64,000 nucleotides of DNA from Octopus vulgaris (Eukaryota), in NCBI GenBank assembly GCA_951406725.2, contig OX597825.1:50592001-50656000 (forward strand), written 5' to 3'. The position numbers were made by a program, and so were the translations under genes. The notes below the pieces were generated by a model. It was not told the DNA's origin. It saw nothing but the letters and a program-made list of their open reading frames with translations, and did not search any database. Below, in pieces: positions 41,981-56,189 of the stretch (the stretch's first letter is position 1; each line of letters opens with the position of its first letter).

Positions 41981-43777
41981 TCTTATATATAAATGGCAAT
42001 TTCTGTCTGTCTGTCCACCTGTCTGTTACCATCTTGCTGCCGAAACCTGGGAACCAATGTTTATCAAACTTTGTATGCATGTTGAACTAACATCCACTTC
42101 AATTATAGGCGAATTGGATTTCAATAAAAATCAATAATGGACTGACTACGGAGTTTGGGCTATTACATGATAAAATGAGAGGGGAGCAAAAGTGTTAGGT
42201 TTAGGGAAATGTGGCATAATGAGAGAAGGGGCGGAGACAGGAAGAGATAGACATACAGTGGATATGACAGAAGACAGAGAGAACGACAGACAGGGACGTC
42301 TTCCATATATATCAAAGAGAATTTCTATATGTGTGCGTGCGCGCGCGTGTATGCGCATCTTCCTTATGCATTCGAAAACTGAGTTGCCGATTTTGACGTA
42401 TGGGGTACCAAAGATTCAGTAATGTTGCAACTACCAAACAAACTTTATTTTCATTTACATATTTGCATTACAAAACTTTTACGTTATAATCTTTTCTATA
42501 AGTCAACTATCATATACACTTTGTATCACGACGACAAGGACGATGATATCACATTTTCTATATGAGTATGTACCTTAAAAGAAATCCATTTCTCTATGTT
42601 TTAAGGAAATACAGTCACTCTCTCCCTGTCTCTCTCACACATTCACACGCGCACCCACACATATATACAAAAAATATGTATGCATGTGTATTTATGTACG
42701 TGTATATAAAAATGTGTGTGTATGAGAGAGAGAGACAGAGAAAGAGAGACCGAATGAGTGCCATTTACACATGCATGACGACACACACCTTCACTTACTC
42801 TTTCTCCCACGCACACACGCGCGCACACATACACGGACACACACACACACGTCCATTTCATATACACGTACATACATCGTTCACTTTGTCCTCTCTTTCA
42901 CTTTCTACTCTCACTTCATAGCAAATGTCGCAATTTCACTTTCTCTTTTCTTTCAATTTCTGCTCTCTTCAAGGCATAAAGAAACGACAAATGTTTACGG
43001 AAATTAACGAATACATTCGAGAACTGAGTTGCCGATTTTGACGTATGGGGTATCAAAAGATTCAGTAATCTTTCGGCTAGCAAATAAACTTTTTCGTTTA
43101 CATATATAAGCATTACAAAAATTTGACATAATAATCTTTCTGTAATTCAACTATCCTAAGCAATATTTCATACGACGACGAGGTCACATTTTCGAAATGT
43201 GTGTGTACCTTAAAAGACATCCATTTCTCTACACGTTATGAGGAAATACAGTCACTCATTTTCACATGCGCACGCACACATACATGCAAAAAGATGTATG
43301 CATATGTATTTATGTATGTTTATATGAAAGCTAATGTGTGTGTGTGTGAAAGAGAGAGAGAGAGAGAGAGAGAGAACGAGTGAGTTCCACTTACACATAC
43401 ATGCAAAAAATACATACATGACAACACACACTTCACTCACTCACTCCTCTCTCACTCTCACACACACGCACACACACACGTCCATTTCATATACACGTAC
43501 ATACATCTTTCACTTTCTCCTCTCTTTCACTTTCTGCTCTCACTTCAAAGCAAGTGTCACCTTTTCTCTTTCTCCTGTCTTGCATTTTCTGCTCTCTTCA
43601 AAGCATAAAGAATTTTAAAGAATTTACGGAAATTAAAGAATAATCATATGATCCCATATGATCGACTATATGATCGAGTTGACAACTTTCCTGCTTCAAA
43701 CGAAAGACTACCATAAAATAACTTCCTTAGGCGCGCACGCACACACACACGCACACACACACACGCACGCACACACA

Positions 43778-43836
<59 letters not shown>

Positions 43837-44961
43837 ACAATAGGTAAAACTTCTGTATGAATTATGCACGTGCATAGTTACTGTTCAAATCCAATTGAAA
43901 TCACCATTTTCTGTTCTCTAATTAGTGTTTGTGATGAGTGTATTTAAAAACCTGATCTTCGATATAAATTTAAAAGGAAGTATCCCAGAAATCCTGTCCT
44001 TAACCTATTGTTTCTAGCGTGTCCGATATTACATTTGCACCGTGCCCCTATTTTTTTCCTAAATCTCTCCCGATTCCTATGTTTTCAATACAGGAGATTA
44101 GGATTTTGCCCAAAAAGAACTTCTTAATATTTTCCTTTTCTCCCTCCCCCAATTTCTTCAATTTTTATTGTTTTCGAAATTCTTTCTTGCTAATCCACGA
44201 AGCAAAAAAAAAAAAAAAAGAAAGAAAAAACAATGTACGAATCTTTAAGGATTTTCTTATTTCTTTTTACTCAAAGAAACACTAAAATTTCCTTCCCAAA
44301 CATCCACCCATCACCTCACCACTTTAAAAAACCCCTACAAACTCCCAATGTTTCACTTTTAGCTTTTTGGAAAGGGGCGAAGTTTCTTCAGAAATAATGT
44401 CATTTTTCTGTTGTTTCTAGCATGTCGGGTTTTCTGGTGGTGCTCTAATATCTTTTACGTCAGTTATGTCAGTACAATTCTACGCATGCGCATAGCATTT
44501 TTAAAGCGGGTAGGTGTTGGATGGGCGAGATGGAGGAAGAGGTATTGAGTATTTAAGAAAGATTAAACTTTAAAAGAAGTATGTATTTCCCAGATTCGTA
44601 ATCTCTGTATTTTTCAACATGGATAAAAAGAAAATCTATAAAAAGTTACGAATTAAGAAACTATGGGGGGAAGGGGGGATTTTGAAAACGTAATTTCTGG
44701 GTAAAATTGTATCAACCTCCTTTCATACGATGAAACAAGTCATAGTTTGTGATCCTTCTTAAGAATAAAAAGTAGTTCCAAGCAAACCCATGCAAATTGT
44801 ACCCTCCTCACTTCACTTTTAAACAAAGAATAATTTCTATTACGCCAGTAATCCAGTTCACTATTTATCAGCTGTGCAGATTCTCCCTATAAGAACGAAG
44901 CAAGTAACACAATATAGCTATAGATCATAACATCCGGGCAACGTCAAGATTGTACTGCTAG
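41981..44961 (+). mobile_element. Non-autonomous Helitron (~2.98 kb)
   Basis: A|TCTTATATATAAA 5' end followed by (CTGT)n; 3' imperfect hairpin ATCCGGGCAACGTCAAGAT then CTAG|T. AT insertion site, no TSD. Confidence 0.7.
42369..43642. repeat. Tandem duplication, ~645-bp period, inside the Helitron
   Basis: CATTCGA.AACTGAGTTGCCGATTTTGACGTATGGGGTA at 42369 and 43014; matching ends TTTACGGAAATTAA.GAATA. Confidence 0.9.
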
Positions 44962-44965
44962 TGTG

Positions 44966-45023
<58 letters not shown>

Positions 45024-45226
45024 GAGAGAAAGAGAGAAACGTTGGGATTTATATGCATACGTATTCGTGTGTGTACGTTTACATGTCAAATTTTGTAAAT
45101 TCATACATGCATATGCATATACATATATGTAGATTTATGTACATATATGTGGGTATTTATGCATATAAATGTGTGCATATATAGATATATACATACATAA
45201 ATACATACATATATGTATATATATGT

Positions 45227-45293
<67 letters not shown>

Positions 45294-45310
45294 TGTACAT
45301 ATGCAAATAT

Positions 45311-45958
45311 GCATATATATATATTATTTATATTATTATATGATCGAACGTCACGCATCCATTTCCAAGTAAGCTTTATCTTAATAATTCTGATGCGAAA
45401 CTATTCTATCACTATCACTGTTCCTCTCTCTCTTCCTCTTTCTATATTCTTTTTCTTTCCCACCCTTTCTCTAATTCTTGTCCTCCTCCACCGTTCTCTC
45501 TCTGTCCCTCTCTCTCTCACACTTCCTCCTTGACTATCTCGTTGCTCACATGTGACCAGCGGCCATCTTCTCCTAACTCGAATTTCTTTCTTCTCGTTCA
45601 GCTACAAAGGATAGCACGCATTTTTATCTGTCTCCTGTCAAAGCTTGTTCTCCAGCGTTCACCACTTCACCTCGTTATGGCTTAACAGCCCATTTCCGTT
45701 TTTTTATACTGTCCTGTTTTCGTTACCAGCTTTGTTACTTCTGCAAATCCCAAATTTTATTTAATTTGCTTTGCGGGAGCGACAGTTTTGACGAAGACGC
45801 ATCTTGTCCTAACACTCGAATTTGCGGAGTAGATAAAACAGTGGACAACTGATGAGCGGATTGTTCTTCATGTTGCCTGTCTTTTTTTTTCTGTGTTTCT
45901 TTCATTGTTCAAAAAGTTTGTTTTCCCTGTGTTTGTAATTCATGATGTCCCGTACCCA
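45311..45958 (+). mobile_element. Non-coding dispersed repeat between (TA)n tracts, carrying a rearranged hammerhead-like motif
   Basis: Homologous fragments at 17341-17700; motif at 45798-45858. Confidence 0.55.
45798..45858 (+). ncRNA. Rearranged hammerhead-like motif (degenerate)
   Basis: CGCA-UC^UUGUCC ... CUC-GAA(UU)UGCG ... GGACAA-CUGAUGA-GCG. Confidence 0.5.
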
Positions 45959-45965
45959 TATATGC

Positions 45966-46019
<54 letters not shown>

Positions 46020-46056
46020 ATTTGCATATATATATTATTTATGCATACACACACAT

Positions 46057-46091
<35 letters not shown>

Positions 46092-46654
46092 CATGAACAC
46101 ACACATCTTTTATCATTCACATGTTTCCTTCACTGAACTGCGATCATGTTGGAGCACCACCTTGAATGGTTTACTTAAACAATTCACCCTAGGGCTTATT
46201 AATCAGCTGAACTATTAAGTAACCTTGTCAAGTAGTGGTGAAAGAAACCGCTCTCCTCAGAAGTAGATGACCATGTAGATTTCTAACACAATGGATAAAC
46301 CATGTTTAACAAATTTATATCAATACTAGAAACCAAAATAATTACATTATTTCCTTATGTTATATTTGTTGCAGATTGATTTTAGAAAAAACTTGCATAT
46401 CTTATTAAGACTACAATAATATAGAGAGTAACAGAGAAAAATAGTGGGAGTCAAGACATTGGAGTGGTGAGATAGGTATTTATATTTTAAAGGTTTTATG
46501 CAGCATGTAATCTACAATGATTGAGAATTAAATCTATTGGGATTTGACAACTGTGTTCTTGTCGATACTGATAAATCAATTAATGTCAGACAATCTATCA
46601 GAACCTTATTTTACAGAAACCACATATCTAGCTTTATCTACATAAAAGGATATG

Positions 46655-46800
46655 TCTCAGAGCTTCCAGTAGGAGAATGATTGAGCCACCTCAAGCGATG
46701 ATGAGCCTCCTCTGTTCGCCTGTCTACGGGAGGGTATTACGTTCAGGGTCGAAACACCCGATGATCGTTGGATAATCTCTGATGACATCAGTTTCTCCTC
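46655..46800 (+). mobile_element. HERO-like retrotransposon 3' end fragment
   Basis: Same GAAACACCC...CTGATGA 3'-UTR architecture as 47474-47590. Confidence 0.45.
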
Positions 46801-47473
46801 GTCAAAGCTCCAGTCACTTTGGTGACTGGAAAATAAGCACCTTCTTCTAGGTGTTATCGATAACACACACACATACATGCATGCATGTGTGTGTGTTTAA
46901 GTATATATGTAATTGTATTAAACAGTATAAGTTGGTTATTATTTCATTACTTTACAGTTTCTCTCACATAATTCCAGGAATGACTAGTTCAAGAAGAGAA
47001 CACTCTACATGTATAGATTATATACGTGCATATACATGCATGTGTATATTTGTGGGTACCTGTATGTGTTTATATATGTTTAAGTGTGTGCGTGTCAGTT
47101 TTGTGGGTCAATATAAATGGCTTGAATTAAATATGAAACTTGCAACGAAGCTTATATTCATATGTTTAAATATTGTTTAATAAAGATAGTTTTATCCTCC
47201 ATGTGACCATTGACACTTCCCTTGGTTAACCCATATGGCTGTCAGCATCCAAAGTAGGAAAAATAATCGACTATCCATTATTTTTACATTTGTTAAAGCC
47301 ATCGTCAGGATTCGCTTACTTAGTACTCAGCTCATGACACCTATAATAATAGTTGACCATATACACGGCAGTAGTTTATTTAACAATGTGACTTGTTTAT
47401 TTACACAATAAATATAGTAGTTTATTATATAATATGTCAGTTTAGTCTGAAGATACATCTTGCGGATACTATT

Positions 47474-47536
47474 GAATACATCTTCAGTAATGTTTCTGAG
47501 GTCCCAGGGGTTTCGGTGGTTTCAACATCAGACCTT
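47474..47536 (-). ncRNA. Rearranged hammerhead motif in the HERO-like 3' UTR
   Basis: G-GUC^UGAUGUU ... GAAA-CC ... AACAUUA-CUGAAGA: intact core, 7-bp stem I, 3-bp stem III, weak stem II. Confidence 0.6.
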
Positions 47537-48620
47537 CGCCCAGTTGACCAGTCAGCGTTGACAAAGTCCAGCTTGCATCCAGTAAAAATAAATCACTGAC
47601 CCACCCTTTTTGCCCAAAGCCACTTCGTAGCCTTCTTTGCATCTTCAGTGATGAAATTAATAGCCCCAATTTTTGCTACGCCAGTAATTACAAACTAAGT
47701 TCATTGCTGAATGAACGCCCAACAAAGCCTCGACAACTCACTTCTGTCACCTCGCAACATGCCTGCCAGCACCGTGTTCTGCACTGCTTTACGAGCTCCT
47801 GATATTTGGTATCTCTCTCTCTCTCTCACAAGTTTCTTCCATGTCTTCTTTCGAGGGCATAATCAGTTTTCATATGATTGTTCGTTCGGTGGAACTTTAG
47901 CAGATCACCATGTCTAGGTGAAGATTTATTGATACAATGTGACTTGGGAAATTTAACCGTTGCACAAGATCTCCTCTCAGTTGACAGTCTGGTGCTATGG
48001 TAAATAGGTATAATGATCGTTGAAACTTCAATGAATACAAGGCCTGACTAGTTCAGTAAGAGAACACTTTACATGTATGGAGTATATACATACATGCATG
48101 TATTTGTGGGTGCATGGGTGTGTTTATATGTGTTTAAGTGGGTGAGTGCCAGCACCGTTTTCTGCATTGCTCTACGAGCTCCTAGTATTTGGCAAGTCCA
48201 TTTCATGAGTTTCTTCCATATGTGTATGATGAATAGGACTTCTCTTTAGCTCTGAGAAAAGTGATGATGATGGTACATATTGGACTGAATGACTTTTCTG
48301 TTGATATCCCCTCTGCAATTGTAATGAGCACCTGGTCATACCACCGGTGGTAGCAACCATCAGTTAAGGCCCTGAGGCAGCTGTTGAGATGTTGAAGAGC
48401 TCTTCTTTCAATACACAAAGGATAAGACGGTGTTTCTCTCCTGTTCCATGTGCGAAAATTTGGGGTCTTGGTAATGTGTTATATTATAGACAACCTGGAT
48501 TAGCAGTCTGACACGTTAGTGTCAGCACCCAACAGACATCTAACCAAATAATATCCCGCTGTTGTATATTGGTTCATACATATGACTGTAGCATGTTATA
48601 CAATTACAACAGTTAATTCT
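47474..48620 (-). mobile_element. Decayed, rearranged HERO-like (RLE) retrotransposon 3' part
   Basis: LCIERRALQHLNSCLRALTDGCYHRWYDQVL (CCHC plus RHD-like motif) and C-terminal KATKWLWAKR; internal duplication 47764/48147. Confidence 0.65.
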
Positions 48621-50134
48621 CTACTCAATAAGAGAATAACGTATAATACAATATAACAGTTACTTATTTACACAATATGATGACAGTACCTTTGGTTATA
48701 ATTTTAAGCACATAAAATTTTTAGCCCCCGCCCCGCCAGGTAATTAATATTCATAACCAACCGATATTGAAATAAAGTCTGTCTACTTTTCATTATCTTT
48801 GTCTCCCTATCTCCTTCAGTCGCTCTTTGTTCCTTTGTCTCTCTCACTCATATCTTCAATCGTGTGATTCTGATACATTTAATTTCACCTGGTTCTGTCC
48901 TTTTTCTCTGATTGTTTACCGCTTTCTCTCTCTCTCTCCTTCTCGCTCTTCTTTCGCTTTCTCTTTGAATCACTCATTCCCTTTGTCTTTTCCTCAACCT
49001 TATCTCTCCTTCTCTCACTCTTTCTCCCTCTTACCAATCCTCACTTTTTACTTGCATTCTCCAAATGACCCATTTCTCTCCAACTTTAATCTCTCTCTTT
49101 CTCTTTCCCTCTTCTCCTTACTTCAAATCTCTTACATTATTTTCTCCTTCTTTCTCCTTGTCTCTCTTGCCCCTTTCAGTTTTTCCAGTTCCTTTCAGTT
49201 CCCCCTCCCCTCTCTCTTTAATTCCTTTACTCATATTTCTCTATCTTTTACTATCGATCTCCACCCCTACTATATCTCCATCTTCAAGAGAAGCCTTAAA
49301 ACCTTTCCCTTTCACTATTAAAGTACTAAACACAAATTGAAAATATAAAACTAAATTTTAACTAGATTGCTAAACTACGGTCTATAATTAGCCAAAAATG
49401 AATTAAAGGCTTGCACCAGCAGCACCAGCAACAATTACAGCAGCAACAGCATTAAAAACTGGGTACATTTGCCTGTTACAGAATTCTTTTGCTGGAATCA
49501 TTAGCGCTGGAGTCTAATGGTTTACAAATTAACATTAATCTTGTGGATTCTAAATGTGCCTTTTCTTTCCACATCATTACTTGTATTCCATAACTTTGAC
49601 TTTCATCAAACACATTGCTATTAATACTGTGTAAAGCAATATTAACATTATTCCCAGCGCTCTAGAATTTAGTTTCCATTCGAAAGAGGCTAGTTAGTGG
49701 GGGAAAACAAGACACTTGCAGACATTTTATTTGTAATTAGCAGTGATAAAAGTAGCCAAGTATAAATGAAGGAAGTTCAAGTTTAAATTGATGTTTGGAA
49801 GCGTCCAATCCTAATCTATCGCTCCCAATCCTGCCATGTTCAAATTCTTTAAATGAAGTCGTTAACAGTTGTTGTTGCTGCTGCCGTTATTGTTGTTCAC
49901 TGAAATATTGCCGCTAACAACCGATATATTTGTATTTTTTCACATACACAGACATGTTGTCGCTCCTGACATATATCTGCTGAGATGGTGGCAATGGCAA
50001 TGGTGATGAAGATGCTGATAGTAATGGCGATTATGATGATGATAATAATGCCAATGATGATGATGATGTTGATGGTTATGATGATATTTATGGTCATGAT
50101 GATGATAATGGTGATGATCAATATGAGGATATGG

Positions 50135-50165
<31 letters not shown>

Positions 50166-50690
50166 GATGGTAGCGCTAGTGATGATGGAGGTTATGATGA
50201 GGATAAAGATTGTGATGGTGGTGGTGATGGAAACGAGGATGATGTGAGAATGGTAGGTGTTATGATGATCGTAATGGTGCTGATGATGATGGTGACAACG
50301 ACGACGACGACGACGATGATGATGATTATGGTGGTGGTTGTGGTGGTCATGGTTGGAGACAATGATGATAATGATTGTGAATATGCATGGCAATAAAGAA
50401 GAGCGTAGACTATTGCAAAAGAGGTGGTGGCAGTTGTGGGAGCGGTGGAGGTATTAGTTGCTGCAACTGTGGAATATTGGAGATTGAAACTTGACATTCT
50501 GGATGTACATATGTTATGATCGAATACCTATAGGAGTTCAGACTTTAAGATCACATACCAACAGATGTATAGATGTCATGATCGAAATATCGTGATAAGA
50601 TATAGATGTTAAGAGGATGAGATTACACACCTACAAGCTGTTAAGATCGCTTGCCTGCAAATATTAAGATCTTAAGTAAACGCACTTACA

Positions 50691-51084
50691 GTTAGCACGC
50701 CGGGCGAAATGCTTAGCGGTATTTCGTCTGCCGTTACGTTGTGAGTTCAAATTCCGCCGAGGTCGACTTTGTCTTTCATCATTTCGGGGTCGATAAATTA
50801 AGTACCAGTTACACACTGGAGTCGATGTAATCGACTTAATACCTATGTCTGTCCTTGTTTGTCCCCTCTATGTTTAGCCCCTTGTGGGTAATAAAGAAAT
50901 AGGTATTTCGTCTGCCGCTACGTTCTGAGTTCAAATTCCGCCGAAGTCGACTTTGCCTTTCCTCCTTTCGGGGTCGATTAAATAAGTACCAGTTACACAC
51001 TGGGGTCGATGTAATCGACTTAATCCCTTTGCCTGTCCTTGTTTGTCCCCTCTATGTTTAACCCCTTGTGGGCAATAAAGAAAT
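50691..51084 (+). mobile_element. Head-to-tail dimer of family B SINE with L1/Tx1-like tail
   Basis: Two near-identical units (50691-50902, 50902-51084), each ending CCCCTTGTGGG.AATAAAGAAA. Confidence 0.9.
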
Positions 51085-51218
51085 GAATATATTAAGATCA
51101 CGAACCAACAGATGCATAGGTGTAATGATTATACACCACCAGATGTATAATCATTAAATGGTAATGTTCTGAATGAATTCAAAATGAGACATGTAGATAT
51201 GCTACATGTGCATCTGTA

Positions 51219-51540
51219 GGAGGCGCGTGGCTTCGTGATTAGGGTATTCGTTTCGCGATTGCGAAATCGAGAGTTCAATTTCCGGTGACGCGTTGTGTCC
51301 TTGAGCAAGACACTTTATTTCACGTGGCTCCACTCTACTCAGCTGGCAAAAATGAGTAGTACTTGTATTTTGAAAGGCCAGCCTTGTCAAACTCTGTGCC
51401 ACGCTGAATCCCCCATGAGAACTACGATAAGAGTACACGTGTCTGTGAAGTACTCAGCCACATGCACGTTAATTTTACGAGCAGGCTGTTCCGTTGATCG
51501 GATCAGCTGGAACCCTTGTCGTCGTAACCGACGGAGTGCC
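51219..51540 (+). mobile_element. tRNA-derived SINE, family C
   Basis: GGAGGCGCGTGGCTT head, GAGTTCAATTTCC B-box, GTGTCCTTGAGCAAGACACTT core. Partial copy at 21330-21440 (-). Confidence 0.75.
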
Positions 51541-51923
51541 AGTTATTTGTAGAAATCCACGTTCATTTATGGGTGTGTCGTGAAGTTAATGTATGTTTGT
51601 GTACATTAAATATCACACGCTCACCTGCATACATTTGTGCGTGGGTGGTCGCGTGAGTGTGTGCATATATGTATGCGCGTGTGTGTGTACGTGTCTGTGT
51701 GTGTGTGCGCATGCGCACGTGAGAGAGAGAGAGAGAGAGTAGTGGGGGAGGGAGAATCAGCGTGAACAATAAACTACCGTATTAAAACAATAGAAATCAG
51801 AATATGGTTGTGTTATGCTGTTCGGGAATGAGGGGAATGGGTGGGGGTGACTTGATAATTAGAGGAATAGCAAAGAGGAAGACGTAGAAGAAGAGAAAGA
51901 AGACAATACAAAAGAGAATAAGG

Positions 51924-51960
<37 letters not shown>

Positions 51961-52174
51961 TCCGTATTTGTATTCCTATGTGTATGTTTGTGACCGTGAG
52001 CAAATTTGTGCGTTGGCGTATGTGTATGTTTTTAGCGTGCATTCGCGCTTTTTCTTTTTACTGTGTGTATGAGGAAAGAACGTGTTTTTGCGAGTATAAA
52101 GTGTACTTGTGTGTATGAGTGTGTGTATATGAGCGTGCCTATATGTGCACGTGCGTATCTTTGTGTGTGTGTGT

Positions 52175-52214
<40 letters not shown>

Positions 52215-52664
52215 TAATGTGTGTGACTGAGGAGTGTGAATTTATGGTTTTGTGTGTATGTGTGTACGTATGTAGCTGTATATGAGTGTGTATGCATGTG
52301 TGTGTGACTTTGTGCATGAATAATATGAATGCGCATCAGTGCGTATGAAAGGGTGCCTTTGTGGTTGGGTGAATGCGTGAGTATGATGGTGTGTTTTGTG
52401 GGCTTTCTTGGATGTGTGTGTTTGTGGCTATGTATGCTGATCTATAGTTGTAACTTTGTGTATGTGCGTGTGTTCATTGCAATGAAGCTATCAATTTTGT
52501 GAAAATTTCGGAATTATATGTTTGCTTTTAATGACTTCATGGACACAAACAGAACACATATATACAGATATATTCTCACTCATACATATGTAAATGCATA
52601 CATACATACATACATACATACATACATACATACATACATACATACATACATGCATGCATGCATA

Positions 52665-52708
<44 letters not shown>

Positions 52709-52804
52709 CATGCATACATACATACACACACATATTGATGTTATTATTGCCAGTTGTAATAAAAACAATTTTACATTAATCTGAAGAGTTACTCTATGCT
52801 TTTG

Positions 52805-52839
<35 letters not shown>

Positions 52840-55466
52840 TCACAGGTATTTAGAGACATTCACACATACACAAACTTACAAAAACTCACGCACACGCACA
52901 CGCACTCACTCACTTAGAAAATGATTCTAAACTACTTGGTATCTTATTTGAGAATGACCGTCCTCGGAGCAACAATAACAACAAAATCAAACATACTTGA
53001 AACCTGTTACAAACGTTTTGAAATTTTTCATTACAGCCTTAAGGTAGGAAGAAAATCAGCTGTTTTGAAGTAAAAGATTTTATTAACACACGCGAAATCC
53101 ATACACCGTTGATCCAGGAAGCAGTCCGACTCTCGAAACCCAACACACATATTCCAAATTACACTCAGATCAGACGGGGGCATAGCCTATCACAATGGAG
53201 ATGGCCTCATAACATATAAAAAAAATCTTGCATCGTGTACACAGATATTATAAATGACATTCGTAAACTATTTGAAGACCACGTTAAACATATATACATG
53301 TGCGTCTGTGTGTGCATGAATAAATACACACACACATACATATACATACAGACACACACACACACACATATACATACGCTAATATAGATATTAACTGTAC
53401 TACCAGATTTCGCATTCCAACTAAACACTTTAGCATTATCACAAACTAGCACAATCTTATAATCTTAACAGCATCAAAAAAGCTACCATGTGGTATTTCT
53501 TCCGACATTTGCTTTCAGAGTTCATATCCCTTCGTAGTCAACTTTATTTTTCATCTTTCGGTAACCAATAAAATAATTATCAGTCAAGTTCAAGGGCAGG
53601 TTTAATCGACTAACTCCTTCCCACCAATCTTTTGACGTTTGACTATATTATGAAATTATTTCTCTGACTCACACGTTGTCGCACATTTTTGAGGACGTCG
53701 TCTTTTAAATCATCGATACCAATAGTTCACATTAACCCACTCTCTATAAAGTGTCTCTTTCTCTCCCCTTCTCTCTATCGGACACAAGTCTTTATGTGTC
53801 TGATATAGACACATTCTCTTCCAGAATATTCACGGGTGAAGTATGTATCAGAGTATTTGATGTGGCATTTAGAATACCTCTTTACAAGTTCCAATTCAGG
53901 GAGATAGATTGGCAGAATTAGTAGGACGTCAGATATAAAACCTTTCAGTATGTGGTTCGAACCTTTGTATCCTCAGTTCAAATGCTGCCTAGTTCCCTGT
54001 CATTAGCCAGTGTTAATCACTCTGCCCGCGAGCATGTCGTCTAACTCTCAATTCGACAACGTAGATAGGTAGTTTTACAATCATCAGCGATGACTTTCGT
54101 ACAATTGAGGATAGATAACGAGTTCATAGAAGCAAGATCGGTTGTGGTGTGAGTTCCAATCTTATAAAGGTTAATTTTGACTGTCCATCAAATATGGGGC
54201 TGTTACAATGACTTAAAGGCGTTCTCTAAAAAATTGTGGCTTTCTGTTCGGTAACGATGACATGAATGTATTATTTTTAGTCCTTTATATTCTGAGTTCA
54301 AATTCTACCGATGTCAGTTTTACATTTCATCCTTTCGGGATGGGGGAATAAATTAAAATACCTGTTGGGCATTTAATCGATCTACTCGGTTACAACTTTT
54401 TTCTTACATTTCCTGGCCTTCTGCCACTGTTAGAAATCAATATATTAAATATATCAAAGTGATGAGTCACCCAAACAGTAGTGTGTTCTATTATATATCA
54501 TGCGGTATTAGAGTATGGGTTCTTTATGTTATAAGTTCAAACCCTACTAGTTTTAAGCTGATCTTTCCACTATCCAGGGTCAATAAGACTAAGTACCAAT
54601 CGAGTACTAGGCTTCATTTAATCGATTATCACCTATCTATTGATACTTGTGGTTTTTTGTCAATCTAAGAGATCGATATATTTCAAGAGATCTCCAGGTA
54701 GCGGTATTATTTTCCTTGCTGAGGAATCGAGTAAGTGCCAAGTTCAACTGATTCACATGATGCTGCTTTGCCTAACTCTATCTGATATATCTCCAAGACT
54801 GGCAGTTATCTTCTAAACAATCTCCAGTATTTTCACTACTCGAAGAAATCAATAAGTTTTCTCACTATAGATTCTGCTTTCGTAAACAAATTCAAACCGT
54901 ATATGTATCGAGGCATAAATATAAGTATATTCTTGCGAGGAGAAGAACCATACACATATGTACACAGTTGCACACGTATATATTTATTTATTGTGTGTAC
55001 AGATATACTCATAAATACGCAACACCTGAAAAGACGAACACATACACTTACATAAATATTCGTACTTATAACATCTACATCTACATGAACATAGATTCAC
55101 ACGCATATATATATATATAAATATATACATTGTTTGTGTGAATAAGGTTTACAGATGCAGAAAGCACTCAATACCCCAGGGTTGGAAGGTTTTTATATTT
55201 CTTTAATAGATTTCATGTTTGCAGATTATATTCAATTCAAGTTCAAAAGATTTGACACATTCCGTTTTTGTGAACCGAAACGGAAAATATTCTGTGAGTA
55301 ACCTATTAAAGAATATATATACGTAAAATATACAGTCGTACTCATACACGCGCGCATATGTATATATGTAATGTGTGTGTATTTGTGTATATATACATAT
55401 GTGTGTGTGCATATGTATATATGTATATATATATATATATATACATACGTATATATGTATATATAT

Positions 55467-55511
<45 letters not shown>

Positions 55512-55984
55512 CGTATATATGTATATACATACATGGGTAAATCGAAAATTAAAAATAACAAAACAACAAAAGTCAAAAGGATTTACACAGTGAATGTATA
55601 AGGCTGACGTTCAGTTTAAGCAGGAAAAAGATTGGGTGTATAATGTTTCGCTCATGGCACTTTGTCAGAAAGAGGAGGGAAGGAAAAAGGTTCAAGGAAA
55701 GCATGTGTTGTTACATAACTGAAGTGACCGGAAATGGAGAGAGATAGAGAAAGTGTTTTTTTAATGCAGGAGAGTGCGAAAAGGGGAAATGTGTGTGTGT
55801 GTGGTATCTGTGTGCATGTGTATTTGTGTTTACGTGAGTGATGTATGCGTAAGGAAGTGGTACCGGACAGGTTCATAGCAGCAGTTATGCATACATACAT
55901 ACATACATACATACATACATACATACATACATACATACATACATACATAATACATACATACATACATACACACATATATACATA

Positions 55985-56145
55985 TATAGTTGAAATTTAC
56001 AGAACAAAAACCGAAGATAGGTGTATAAACAAGCAAGTGTACTAGTTTGACGCTCGGGAACGTGAGGAAGTCTTTTATGTTTCGAGCCTACGTTCTTCAG
56101 CAGAAAGGAACACGTGAAAATAAACAGAGAGTGAATAAGAAGAGA

Positions 56146-56148
<3 letters not shown>
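55985..56148 (-). repeat. Dispersed repeat (second copy at 63636-63795) with minimal HHR
   Basis: Colinear ~160-bp match between the two copies. Confidence 0.85.
56072..56107 (-). ncRNA. Minimal type I hammerhead with variant core
   Basis: CUUU-CUGCUGAA-GAAC(GUAG)GCUC-GAAA-CA-UA^AAAG. Confidence 0.55.
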
Positions 56149-56185
<37 letters not shown>

Positions 56186-56189
56186 GTAT

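Noticed and set aside
47250-47315. Minus-strand CUGACGA with a GGCU/AGUC stem
   Set aside because: No GAAA and no cleavage-site stem.
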